Below, one piece after another: positions 17,993 to 26,773 of a DNA stretch of 64,000 bases (positions are counted from its first letter, which is position 1; each line of letters opens with the position of its first letter). The position numbers and the translations under genes are program-made. The notes beneath the pieces are model-generated. The model was not told the DNA's origin and did no database searches. It saw only the letters and a program-made list of their open reading frames with translations. Origin of the DNA: a virus; IMG/VR virus record IMGVR_UViG_3300045988_174937; one strand, given 5' to 3'.

Positions 17993-19210
17993 ATGAAGCA
18001 AGAATCAATTTCCAAGGCCGAAACGGGCATTAGCCGTTTTGAGTTTGACTATCGGCGGCGTGTGGTATTTACCGACCCGCGCGGTTCGTTCGCCGAGGTG
18101 TATCCGTATATCAACCGCACGATGATGACGACGCTCCCGCTTCAGGATTCTCGTGCTGGTAAGGTACGCGAACTGCTCGACGTCAAGACCATCATCAACA
18201 ACCCGTATCGCCGCTGTGTAGGCGGTTACGCCCGCAACATCAACGTCTTCTTCCTGCTGGCTGAAGCTATGTGGATAGTTACGGGCCGCAAGGACGTCGA
18301 GTTCCTGAAAATCTTCAACGGTAAGATGGTCGATTTTTCCGATAATGGCGTTACGTTCCACGCCCCTTACGGCTGGCGTTTGCGTCACTGGGGTATTTCG
18401 TCCGAGGGCGAGTCGATGGACCCGGGCCTGGACCAGGTAAAGGAAGCCATTCGCCTGCTGAGCGCTGACCCGGAAACGCGTCAGGTGGTGATGTCGATTT
18501 GGAATCCTAAGTTTGACCTCGGCGTGAAATCGAAAGACTTGCCGTGTAACGACATGGTGATGCTGAAAATCCGCGACGGGAAACTCGTTACCACGGTCCA
18601 GAATCGTTCGAACGACCTCCACTGGGGCTTACCCACGAACATCTTCCAGTTCTCGTTCCTGACGGAGGTAATGTCCCTCTGCTTGGGGGTAGAGTTAGGC
18701 GTTCAGACTCACAATTCGCAGTCGCTCCATATCTACGAATGGAATAATATCGCCGAGCAGATGAGCGAACTTTTCGCGTCCAATAATACGCGCCGCAGTT
18801 TGTACTGCGAGGGAGCGATGTCGTACATGATGGACTTTAAGTTCGAATCGGAGGTTCCGGTAAACCGCTTGTGTGAAATAACGGCCTTTATGGAAGAGAT
18901 GATAAATCGCTTGGCAATGCGGCACGCAAAAGGCGATATCTTGGAAGATGAGGCCGGGTTCGAGAACTACGTGTTTGAGAAATCGACCTATTTCTGGGTA
19001 GTTTATCAGCTGTTGAAGGTGTACGTCTTCTACAAGCGCAATATTGGCGCCTACGCGGATGACCGCGATACGTTGCTGAAGTCGTGCTATGCGCTGGTGG
19101 ACCGTATTGCAGGGGCCGTATCCGTTGAAGAAAAGTGGGACTACCTGATGCTGGCTCGCAATTTCTTCGCGGCAAGGTTATCTAACGCAGAAACCTGTAA
19201 ACTCCTGTAA
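17993..19210 (+). CDS. thymidylate synthase-family enzyme (ThyA / pyrimidine hydroxymethylase superfamily) with a long C-terminal extension
   Basis: DQVKEAIRLLSADPETRQVVMSIWNP...DLPCNDMVMLKIRDGKLVTTVQNRSNDLHWGLPTNIFQFSFL...SLHIY aligns with E. coli ThyA [25 protein letters not shown]...[41 protein letters not shown]...DTHLY. 405 aa against about 264 for ThyA. Confidence 0.7.
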   Translation: MKQESISKAETGISRFEFDYRRRVVFTDPRGSFAEVYPYINRTMMTTLPLQDSRAGKVRELLDVKTIINNPYRRCVGGYARNINVFFLLAEAMWIVTGRKDVEFLKIFNGKMVDFSDNGVTFHAPYGWRLRHWGISSEGESMDPGLDQVKEAIRLLSADPETRQVVMSIWNPKFDLGVKSKDLPCNDMVMLKIRDGKLVTTVQNRSNDLHWGLPTNIFQFSFLTEVMSLCLGVELGVQTHNSQSLHIYEWNNIAEQMSELFASNNTRRSLYCEGAMSYMMDFKFESEVPVNRLCEITAFMEEMINRLAMRHAKGDILEDEAGFENYVFEKSTYFWVVYQLLKVYVFYKRNIGAYADDRDTLLKSCYALVDRIAGAVSVEEKWDYLMLARNFFAARLSNAETCKLL

Positions 19211-19211
19211 T

Positions 19212-20906
19212 ATGACTGACTCGCTACGTCGGTGGGCGGAAGATAACTATCTGGCTATCGAAGAAAAGCGCGACGACGAATTGAACATAATCGCTATTGA
19301 GGGCGTGGGGGACTTCTTGTACCTCCACCCCGACGATAGCGGAAAGATAATCGACGAACGGTTCTCGTTCGCGGTAACGGCTGACGAATTCGACGCGCTG
19401 TACGATGGCGTGGTGAAATACATCCTCTTCGAGTTTGGCGGCAAGTTCTACTACTCGAATATCAAAAAGGACCACCTGCGGCTGGATAAAACCGTGGTTT
19501 TCCGTCCCGAATTCCGCGACTTCAAGTATCTCGGCACCAGTACGGCTGAAGAATTGGTTCCGTTCGTTCACCTGGGGGTTCATAGCGAATACGAGTTCTT
19601 GAACGGTTCGTCAAACTGCGAAGAATGGGCTGCTAAGGCCAAATTCAACCGTATGACGGCTCTTGGTATTTGTGACCGTAATACGCTGGCTGGCACGCTC
19701 GCCTTTCAGACCGCTTGCTTGGGCAAGGGGTTGAAACCTATCATCGGCGAAACTGTTACCGTGGCTTGTAACTACGACCCGGCGGCTGACGTTCAGGAAA
19801 CCTTTTCGCTGAAACTCTACGCCATGAATACCCAGGGATGGCGAAACCTGCTGCTGGTTAATAAGGCTATCAACGTCGATTATCAAGGATTCATACCCGC
19901 GGAAGAACTCTACAAGTTAGGCCGCGGCCTGGTATGTGTAATACCGCCTGATAGCGAATTAAACTATTTCAAGGGGGACGTCGAGCGTTGCAAGCGGTTA
20001 TTGACGGCCTATCACGCCGCATTCGACCGTGTGTACTACCAGATTGATACGGTGGAGTACACATCCGAAACCCTATTCCGCGACCACTTGGAAAGTATTG
20101 ATACCTACGTATGCCGCTGTCGTAAGATTAAACTCTACCGACAGACGCCGCCGCTCGTTATAAACGACTCGTATTACCTCGACGCCGAAGAGGCTCCGCT
20201 GAAGTCGCTTCTGAACAAGGTAGCAGGCGTGGTCAATGCCGAAAGTGCGACCCAGTATTTCAAAAACTCAAAAGAGACGATTCTGGCGTATGAAGAGTGG
20301 ATGGATGTAGCCGCGCCCCTTTACGAAAAGATAATCGTTGGTATGACCAATTCCAGCACGTTGGCGGAGAGTATTGACTTTAAGATACCCACCGGAATAC
20401 GTCACCTGCCGAAATACGAGTTTGTTAAAACTACGGTTGAAGACGCCTTTTTCGAGAAACTGGAAGCGGGCGTACAGGAGCGGCTGGTAGGTAAGGTTGA
20501 TAACCTCGATCAGTATCTGGCGGAGTTGGAAAAGGAATGTGCCATCATCGTACCGAACGGGCTGTGTGACTACTTTATGATACTTTGGGACATCATGAAC
20601 TGGTGTCGCGAGCAGGGTATCATGACTGGGTCAGGTCGTGGCTCGGTTTGCGGTTCGTTGATTGCGTATTGCCTGTACATCACGGACGTGGACCCGCTGA
20701 AATACAATCTCATGTTTGAGCGATTTTTGAACTCTAATCGTGTTGAACCAGAAACAATATTTACGGTCGAGTTGGAAAATGGAGATAAATATAAAATCAA
20801 AAAGGGTGAAGAGATAAAAACAGTTGACGGAAAGTTTGTTAAGATTGAATCTGAAGCGGATTTGGTTGATTTGGATGTTGATGTAACTACTCTGAGACTT
20901 TCCTAA
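19212..20906 (+). CDS. dnaE: DNA polymerase III alpha, N-terminal part (PHP domain and first half of palm)
   Basis: PHP motif FVHLGVHSEYEFLNG and palm motif GSGRGSVCGSLIAYCLYITDVDPLKYNLMFERFLNSNRV. Homology then ends and a stop follows 54 codons later. Confidence 0.85.
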   Translation: MTDSLRRWAEDNYLAIEEKRDDELNIIAIEGVGDFLYLHPDDSGKIIDERFSFAVTADEFDALYDGVVKYILFEFGGKFYYSNIKKDHLRLDKTVVFRPEFRDFKYLGTSTAEELVPFVHLGVHSEYEFLNGSSNCEEWAAKAKFNRMTALGICDRNTLAGTLAFQTACLGKGLKPIIGETVTVACNYDPAADVQETFSLKLYAMNTQGWRNLLLVNKAINVDYQGFIPAEELYKLGRGLVCVIPPDSELNYFKGDVERCKRLLTAYHAAFDRVYYQIDTVEYTSETLFRDHLESIDTYVCRCRKIKLYRQTPPLVINDSYYLDAEEAPLKSLLNKVAGVVNAESATQYFKNSKETILAYEEWMDVAAPLYEKIIVGMTNSSTLAESIDFKIPTGIRHLPKYEFVKTTVEDAFFEKLEAGVQERLVGKVDNLDQYLAELEKECAIIVPNGLCDYFMILWDIMNWCREQGIMTGSGRGSVCGSLIAYCLYITDVDPLKYNLMFERFLNSNRVEPETIFTVELENGDKYKIKKGEEIKTVDGKFVKIESEADLVDLDVDVTTLRLS

Positions 20907-21012
20907 ATGAGACAATGTTATTATGATGGCGATACTCCGCCGTTTGGGTGGAATAGAGGAAGAGTGAAACATGAAAATAAAAAAGGTTGAGAAAATATCA
21001 GTTGCCCGTCAG
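20742..21012 (+). other. A/T-rich insertion splitting dnaE (candidate ORF-less intron, or a genuine gene split)
   Basis: It lies between FERFLNSNR and DSMPDIDCDF, which are contiguous in canonical Pol III alpha. The two exon-like parts are in different frames. These boundaries follow the 5'-exon-U / intron-terminal-G convention but are not proven. Confidence 0.35.
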
Positions 21013-23814
21013 GACAGCATGCCTGATATCGACTGCGACTTCCCGGTGGCGTTCCGTGATACGGTGAAAGAGTACATGGCCCGTCGTTACGGCGTGGACC
21101 ACGTTTGTTCCGTGGGTACGTACACGCGCATGAAACTGAAGACCTGTTTGAAGGACTTTGGTAAGGTTATGGGCGTTCCGTTTGCGGTGATGAATAAACT
21201 CACCAAGGACATTGACGACCAAATAGAATACACGTGGGGCGACCTGTTCAACTACGCCGCAACGTCGCGGGAATTATTCCGTTTCGTCCAGGACCACCCG
21301 GAGTTGGTACACATGACGAAATACGCCCTTACACAGTGTAAGACGGGTTCGGTTCATCCGTCGGCCGTTATCATCGTACCCAAGGAAGACGAAGATGGTC
21401 ACCCCATCGACCTTTACGGGTGGATGCCTATGAAACGCATGGGTGGCGTGCTGGTCTCCGAGTGGGAGGGTAAGTATATCGACAAGTCAGGGTTCTTGAA
21501 AGAGGATATTTTGGGCCTCAACCAACTGGATAAGTTTTCGTCTATTCTGAAACTTATCGCCAAGAACCGCAAGGAGCAAATCGACGTCAACACCATTCCG
21601 TTCGGCGACGAGGAGGTATTCCGGTATTTCCAGCGCGGGTGGTGTGAGGATGTGTTCCAATTTGGTGCTATGGGGTTGATGAATTACTGCCGCGAGGCCA
21701 AGCCGCATAGCCTGGACGACCTTATCGCTATGACGGCGTTGTTCCGGCCCGGTCCTATGGATGTAAAGGCGCACGAAACGTTCGTTGAAATTAAGAACGG
21801 CGCCAGGAAGCCTAAGTTCGACCCCGGTATGGAGGAAATCACGCGCGACACCTATTCGCTTTATACCTACCAGGAGCAGATAATGAAAGCGATGGTTGTC
21901 GGAGGATTAACCCCCGTTGAGTCAGATGAATGTCGTACTTACATCAAGAAGAAAAACCACGAAGCGCTGGCCCAGTTTAAGGGAAAGTTCGTAAATGGAT
22001 ATTCGGCGTTGATAGAATCACGAGGCGTTGAATCTAAACGCGCCGCGGCCCAGGCTTCTGAGGTTTGGGACAAGATGCTGGCATTTGCTTCGTATGGCTT
22101 CAATAAGTGCTTGGCAGGTTCGGAACGTATTCGTCGCGTAGGTATTACGCGCGGTTCGTATGCTCCCACTATCGAAGAGATGTACGAAATAAAGAATCGC
22201 ACGTCTGATTTATGGCTATCTCACGAATCGTTAAGCGATAAGTATATTCGTTCAGGGTACGGAATGTGCTGGTCGTTAAACGACGAAGGCAGGTTGGTTC
22301 GTAATAAAATCGTTGACATCCGTTTTGAAGGTGTGCGTCCAGTTTACGAAATCACTGTACGTTCCGGCGAAAAGATACGCTGTACGTCTAATCACCGCTT
22401 CCCGACACTGGCGGGTGAAATGTCTATAGATAGCGGTTTGGCAGTTGGTGCTCGATTGTATATCTGGGCTGGATACGAAGAAACGAATAAGGATTATTCG
22501 TTCCAACGCGGTAGGTCTCAAAACTATCCTACGAAGGGTCAGTGCGGATTCCAGCGTCAAGAATATCATCCCACCGTTGACTTTGAAAATTTCAAACGCC
22601 AACACGCCGGATGCCCGTGTGATAAGTGCGGCAAAGTGGGAAAACGCATGGAGGCTCATCATATGGATGGGAATCGGGCGAATAATGACGTTAGCAACCT
22701 GATGTGGCTCTGTAATTCGTGTCATAAGAAAATCCACTTTGAAACGCTACCGCGTCACCGAATGGGTGAAAAGGGATTGTTAACACGATTGGAAGAAATC
22801 GTCAATATTCAGTGCGTAGGTGAAGAAAAAGTCTATGACGTGGAGGTGAGCGGCAACGTGTCACACACGTTTTTGACTGACGGTGGTGTGGTAACGTGTA
22901 ATTCTCACGCCGTGGCCTATACCATGATGTCGTACTGGTCGCAGTGGTTTAAGGTCAACTACCCACTGGAGTTCTGGACGACGTCGCTTCAGTATACCTC
23001 GAAGGAATCCGATATCCCGTATCGCTTGGTGGAGATGAAGAAAACCGGGGCTGAAATTGAGGTCCGTCCGCCGGATATCAATTTCTCAGGTGAAACCTTT
23101 ACGTGCGACCCCAAGACGAACCGTATCTTCTTTTCGCTGGGTAAGGTCAAGGGAGTAGGCGAGCGGGCGTTAACGCTATTGAAAGCCATGAAAGACGAGC
23201 ACGGCGAAGTGTTCTCGTTTGAGGACTTCATAACCTCCGCCCCGAAAGGCATAAACCGTACCGTGGTGCTGCGCCTTATTATGGCTGGAGCGTTCGACCT
23301 GGTAGAAGATATCCGGAACCCGCGTCAGCGTCTGGACATCGTCAAGCAGTATCTCGAACGTCGCGGCGAACCGCTTTCCGACGAATTCACTTCGCCTGAT
23401 GCTCACACTAACGCCTGGTGGGTCTTCAAACAGCGTGAATTAACCGGGTACGGCGAAGTAGACTACGAACGTATGATGAACGAATACGGACTCGGAAAAC
23501 GAATGGTCCGGCTGTACGTTACCGCCGCCGAGTTTGAGCGCAAACACGAAGGTGACGAGGTTTGCATCGTTGGCCGTGTGAATAACGTATTCGAACGCCA
23601 AACCAAGGGTGGCGATTCTTACGGAGTACTGCAAGTGGAGGTCAACGACCTCATCATCCAGATTACGTTGTGGCCCGACTTTTGGCTTCATCAGCCGGAA
23701 AACGAAGCTACGCTGTTGAACCGTATCGTGGCCGTTTCAGGGCGTGTGAATTATTTCGCTGGAAAGAAGACCGTACAGTCTTCACAATCTACAAGGTTAG
23801 AGATATTACAATAG
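20971..23814 (+). CDS. dnaE: DNA polymerase III alpha, C-terminal part (catalytic aspartates, fingers, OB region), containing an intein
   Basis: After a 15-aa leader it resumes with SMPDIDCDF. Further motifs: LFRPGPMD, and YGFNK / SHAVAYTMMSYWSQWFKVNYPLEFW split by the intein. Confidence 0.85.
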   Translation: MKIKKVEKISVARQDSMPDIDCDFPVAFRDTVKEYMARRYGVDHVCSVGTYTRMKLKTCLKDFGKVMGVPFAVMNKLTKDIDDQIEYTWGDLFNYAATSRELFRFVQDHPELVHMTKYALTQCKTGSVHPSAVIIVPKEDEDGHPIDLYGWMPMKRMGGVLVSEWEGKYIDKSGFLKEDILGLNQLDKFSSILKLIAKNRKEQIDVNTIPFGDEEVFRYFQRGWCEDVFQFGAMGLMNYCREAKPHSLDDLIAMTALFRPGPMDVKAHETFVEIKNGARKPKFDPGMEEITRDTYSLYTYQEQIMKAMVVGGLTPVESDECRTYIKKKNHEALAQFKGKFVNGYSALIESRGVESKRAAAQASEVWDKMLAFASYGFNKCLAGSERIRRVGITRGSYAPTIEEMYEIKNRTSDLWLSHESLSDKYIRSGYGMCWSLNDEGRLVRNKIVDIRFEGVRPVYEITVRSGEKIRCTSNHRFPTLAGEMSIDSGLAVGARLYIWAGYEETNKDYSFQRGRSQNYPTKGQCGFQRQEYHPTVDFENFKRQHAGCPCDKCGKVGKRMEAHHMDGNRANNDVSNLMWLCNSCHKKIHFETLPRHRMGEKGLLTRLEEIVNIQCVGEEKVYDVEVSGNVSHTFLTDGGVVTCNSHAVAYTMMSYWSQWFKVNYPLEFWTTSLQYTSKESDIPYRLVEMKKTGAEIEVRPPDINFSGETFTCDPKTNRIFFSLGKVKGVGERALTLLKAMKDEHGEVFSFEDFITSAPKGINRTVVLRLIMAGAFDLVEDIRNPRQRLDIVKQYLERRGEPLSDEFTSPDAHTNAWWVFKQRELTGYGEVDYERMMNEYGLGKRMVRLYVTAAEFERKHEGDEVCIVGRVNNVFERQTKGGDSYGVLQVEVNDLIIQITLWPDFWLHQPENEATLLNRIVAVSGRVNYFAGKKTVQSSQSTRLEILQ
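22108..22902 (+). mobile_element. intein with HNH homing-endonuclease domain inside dnaE
   Basis: In-frame 265 codons. Cys1 (CLAGSERI), block B IRCTSNHRF, HNH HHMDGNRANNDVSNLMWLCNSCHKKIH, block F/G VYDVEV..HTFL..GGVVTCN, then +1 Ser. The exteins rejoin to the canonical YGFNK-SHA. Confidence 0.8.
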
Positions 23815-23830
23815 TAGAACAAAATCGGTT

Positions 23831-24478
23831 ATGCAAAAGGATGATTTAATCAAACTCTTCAGTCGTGACCACCTGGCGCGGTTGGATAACATCAAGCAGT
23901 GGTTGGAGTACGACCGCCACCAGCAGGAAAGCGTTTCACAACATTCATACAAGGTATCAGTCTTCACGATGTGCCTGCTGGACTATCTCTGGCCCGGAGG
24001 GGACGATAATAATACGGTGGCCGCGTTTAAGTATCAGACGCTGAAGATGGCGCTGATGCACGACTTCGACGAGGCTGTTCTGCGTCGTGATATCACCCAC
24101 GAACTGAAATACAACGCCTACAACGGGTCGGAACTGCGTAACGTTTTGGACGAGTTTGTCGCTCACCAGGTAGCGGACGAATTTGGTGACGATTCAGTAG
24201 TCTCCAAAACGCTTTCTAAGGATGCGCCGTATTACGACGTTGCTCACGCGATTGTAAAGGTTGCTGATTGGATGGCGTTGCTGTATTTCCTGAAGCGCGA
24301 ACTGGCTATGGGGAACCGCTCGTGGCCCTTGAATTTGCTGCCGTACTGCAAGGAAAGCTACCGTAAGGCGGTTTCAACGTTACAAAGTACGTGTGTATCG
24401 GCGGATATTTGTGAGCAAGAGCGCCTGATGTACGTATGGGTAGGAGCCATTAATGACTTACAAAACGATATTATTTAA
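23831..24478 (+). CDS. HD-domain 5'-deoxynucleotidase (YfbR-like)
   Basis: ESVSQHSYKVSVFT, MALMHDFDEAVLRRDITHELKY and VKVADWMALLYFLKRELAMGN align with E. coli YfbR [35 protein letters not shown] and [21 protein letters not shown]. Confidence 0.7.
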   Translation: MQKDDLIKLFSRDHLARLDNIKQWLEYDRHQQESVSQHSYKVSVFTMCLLDYLWPGGDDNNTVAAFKYQTLKMALMHDFDEAVLRRDITHELKYNAYNGSELRNVLDEFVAHQVADEFGDDSVVSKTLSKDAPYYDVAHAIVKVADWMALLYFLKRELAMGNRSWPLNLLPYCKESYRKAVSTLQSTCVSADICEQERLMYVWVGAINDLQNDII

Positions 24479-24479
24479 T

Positions 24480-24845
24480 ATGGACAAGAAGAATCAAGAA
24501 TCATTGATTGCGCAGGTGTCTTGCGACATCGAGCGTATCTGCCAATCTGAACCTGAAGCCGCCCAGGCTCTGGCGATGACTATCAACCACATCGCCGGGA
24601 CGTACTCCGATAAGTACGCCGACGGCGAAAAGGTTATCGACACCAAGAAGATGTTGTACGGTATGGACCACGGTGCGGCCATCAACATCTACCAGGTAAC
24701 GCGCTATCTTCAGCGGTACATCACCGTGGGTCACAACAAGAGCCGTCTGATTCGCGACTTGGAAAAAGCCGTTCACTACCTCATTATCGAAATCACGCGT
24801 CGCGTGCGTTCGGGCGACGTAAGCCAACAAGAACCTAAAGAATGA
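24480..24845 (+). CDS. DUF3310/SaV-like phage protein
   Basis: ATG at 24480. INIYQVTRYLQRYITVGHNKSRLIRDLEKAVHYLIIEI matches the ..KY..R......DL.KA.~YL pattern I recall for DUF3310. Confidence 0.4.
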   Translation: MDKKNQESLIAQVSCDIERICQSEPEAAQALAMTINHIAGTYSDKYADGEKVIDTKKMLYGMDHGAAINIYQVTRYLQRYITVGHNKSRLIRDLEKAVHYLIIEITRRVRSGDVSQQEPKE

Positions 24846-25381
24846 AACGGAAACTGCTGATTGGAAAGAACGTCTACGAAATCGAATTTCAGGAATTCGA
24901 GGACGAAATCGACGTTGACGAATTGATGACCATCCACTACGAAAATCTGGTTGGTGAAATTATCACTTTCCCGGTTGTCGTAAACCGTCTCGGCCTGCTG
25001 CTGGCCGATGCCGAGCGAGCGCTGGCTGAAACGAAACTCAACTGCGAGATTATGGAAGCCAAGGTTCGCGAGGAGATACGCAACGCCCTCAACGACGAAG
25101 AGGACCGCAAGAAACCGGCAACCGTCGATGAGGTAAACACGGCCGTCTATCAGAGCCCGGTTTATAAGGCCAATAAACTCAAACTGTTTGAGGCCCAAAA
25201 GACGCGTGATTATGTCGCTTCGCTTCTGTTTTCCGCCAAGGATAAGTCGTCGAAACTGGATAAATTATCGCTGTCGATACCAGCAGGCGATATCGAGGAG
25301 CACCTCCTCCAGAGTAAGGCGAATTCGGTTATGAAAGTACGCAAACGCCGCAAACTGATTCCTGACGAAGACGACAGTTAA
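24842..25381 (+). CDS. hypothetical coiled-coil protein (possible UvsY-like recombination mediator)
   Basis: 179 aa with an ATGA overlap. The position just upstream of the SSB and RecA candidates and a loose resemblance to T4 UvsY are the only support. Confidence 0.3.
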   Translation: MKRKLLIGKNVYEIEFQEFEDEIDVDELMTIHYENLVGEIITFPVVVNRLGLLLADAERALAETKLNCEIMEAKVREEIRNALNDEEDRKKPATVDEVNTAVYQSPVYKANKLKLFEAQKTRDYVASLLFSAKDKSSKLDKLSLSIPAGDIEEHLLQSKANSVMKVRKRRKLIPDEDDS

Positions 25382-25419
25382 CAACGTTTATATTAACACC
25401 TTAACAAAATCAAAGTATT

Positions 25420-26703
25420 ATGGCAAATGATTTGCGGAGTAAGCTGAAAGCAACTCCCATCAAAAAACTCAAGGCTCGCATCGACGAAGACAACTCGATG
25501 CTGAACAACGGTAACGCCGAGTTCCTGTCGCTTGAGGACGGTAAACTGATGAAGATTCGTATCTTCCCGGCCCATCCCGACCACGACAATTTCTACGTAC
25601 CCCGGAAATGCTACTGGCTGCCGTTTACTACGGATTCCGGCGACGAGCGCCGCGGTACGGTACTGGATTCGATTTTCCACGGCAAGACCGCTATGGACAT
25701 CGTCCAGGAATATGTCGCCTATGTGAAGACCCACGGGTCGGAGAATGCCGTGGCCGCCGTTACGGCCCAGCGTGATGGCCTGCTGCCGTCGCTTTCGTGG
25801 CTGTGCTACGCCGCTGAGGTCAAGGAGGACGATATGGACCCCAAACTGTGGGAGTTCAAGAAGACCGTTCGCGACGCCATGAACCGTCTGGCCATCACCG
25901 AGGAGGAAGACGAACCCATCGAGACCGACCCGTTCACCGACCCGGACGAGGGCCTGCCGCTGTTCGTCAAGTACATCAAGAACCCGAACAAGAAAAAGGG
26001 CGAGAACTACTACGACGTGTCGCTCGGCAAGAAGCCCAAGGCATGCCCCCTCACGGACGAGGCCATCGAGAAATTCATGAAACTGAAGCCCATCGAGGAG
26101 GTCGCCGGAACGTACACGCTGGAAATGTTCGAACGCGCCTTGGAGGGTCTCCAGAATTTCGACGAGCAGCACGGTATCGACATCTTCGGCGACGACGAGT
26201 GGATGGAGATTGTGGAGAAAGTACGCGCCCAGTACAGCGACTCCGACGACGAACCCAAGAAGAAAGTCACCAAGAAAGCCGCCAAGCGTCGTGACGATGA
26301 CGATGAGGATGACGTTCCGCCCGTTCGTACGAAGAAGAACCGCCCCGGTGTCCGCATCCCCGAGCCTGAGGAGCCGGAAGAGGAGCCGGACAACGAGCCT
26401 GAACCTGAACCGGAGCCTGAGGTAGAGGGTGCTGATGACGGCCTCGACGATATGGACCGCGCTGAACTCAAGGCGTTCATCCGCGACAACGACCTCGGCG
26501 AAACGGTCAAGGTTTACAAGTCCACGACCGACGATCAGATTCGCGAGAAGATTCGCGAGGCCCTGGGGTTGGACGGCGGTGACGAAGAGGAAGAAGAGGC
26601 CCCCGCTCCGGAACCTGAACCGGAAGAGGAGGACGAGGCACCGGAACCCTCCAGCGCAGCCCGCTCGCTGGCGTCGATTCGCGCCAAACTCGGTAAGAAA
26701 TAA
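25420..26703 (+). CDS. putative single-stranded DNA-binding protein (gp32-like) with acidic PE-rich tail
   Basis: The N-terminus GNAEFLSLEDGKLMKIRIFPAHPD resembles the T4 gp32 N-terminal pattern. It has a long acidic C-terminal region (PEPEEPEEEPDNEPEPEPEPE, DEEEEEAPAPEPEPEEEDE) and sits next to the recombinase. Confidence 0.4.
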   Translation: MANDLRSKLKATPIKKLKARIDEDNSMLNNGNAEFLSLEDGKLMKIRIFPAHPDHDNFYVPRKCYWLPFTTDSGDERRGTVLDSIFHGKTAMDIVQEYVAYVKTHGSENAVAAVTAQRDGLLPSLSWLCYAAEVKEDDMDPKLWEFKKTVRDAMNRLAITEEEDEPIETDPFTDPDEGLPLFVKYIKNPNKKKGENYYDVSLGKKPKACPLTDEAIEKFMKLKPIEEVAGTYTLEMFERALEGLQNFDEQHGIDIFGDDEWMEIVEKVRAQYSDSDDEPKKKVTKKAAKRRDDDDEDDVPPVRTKKNRPGVRIPEPEEPEEEPDNEPEPEPEPEVEGADDGLDDMDRAELKAFIRDNDLGETVKVYKSTTDDQIREKIREALGLDGGDEEEEEAPAPEPEPEEEDEAPEPSSAARSLASIRAKLGKK

Positions 26704-26723
26704 CCCCCGTGATACTTTTCCCG

Positions 26724-26759
26724 CGGCTGGCTGGCTTTCGTGGTTGGCCAGCCGTTTTT
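26724..26759 (+). terminator. intrinsic terminator
   Basis: CGGCTGGC (26724-26731) pairs with GCCAGCCG (26747-26754), followed by TTTTT. Confidence 0.65.
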
Positions 26760-26773
26760 AACTATCTACAATT

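Noticed and set aside
20745-21015. A naturally split intein at the dnaE break
   Set aside because: The N-tail lacks a nucleophilic first residue in the right context and has no TxxH block. The C-leader is only 15 aa and ends in Asp rather than Asn. Together they make about 70 aa, too small for a HINT fold. The resemblance to HINT strands is weak and the sequence is low complexity.
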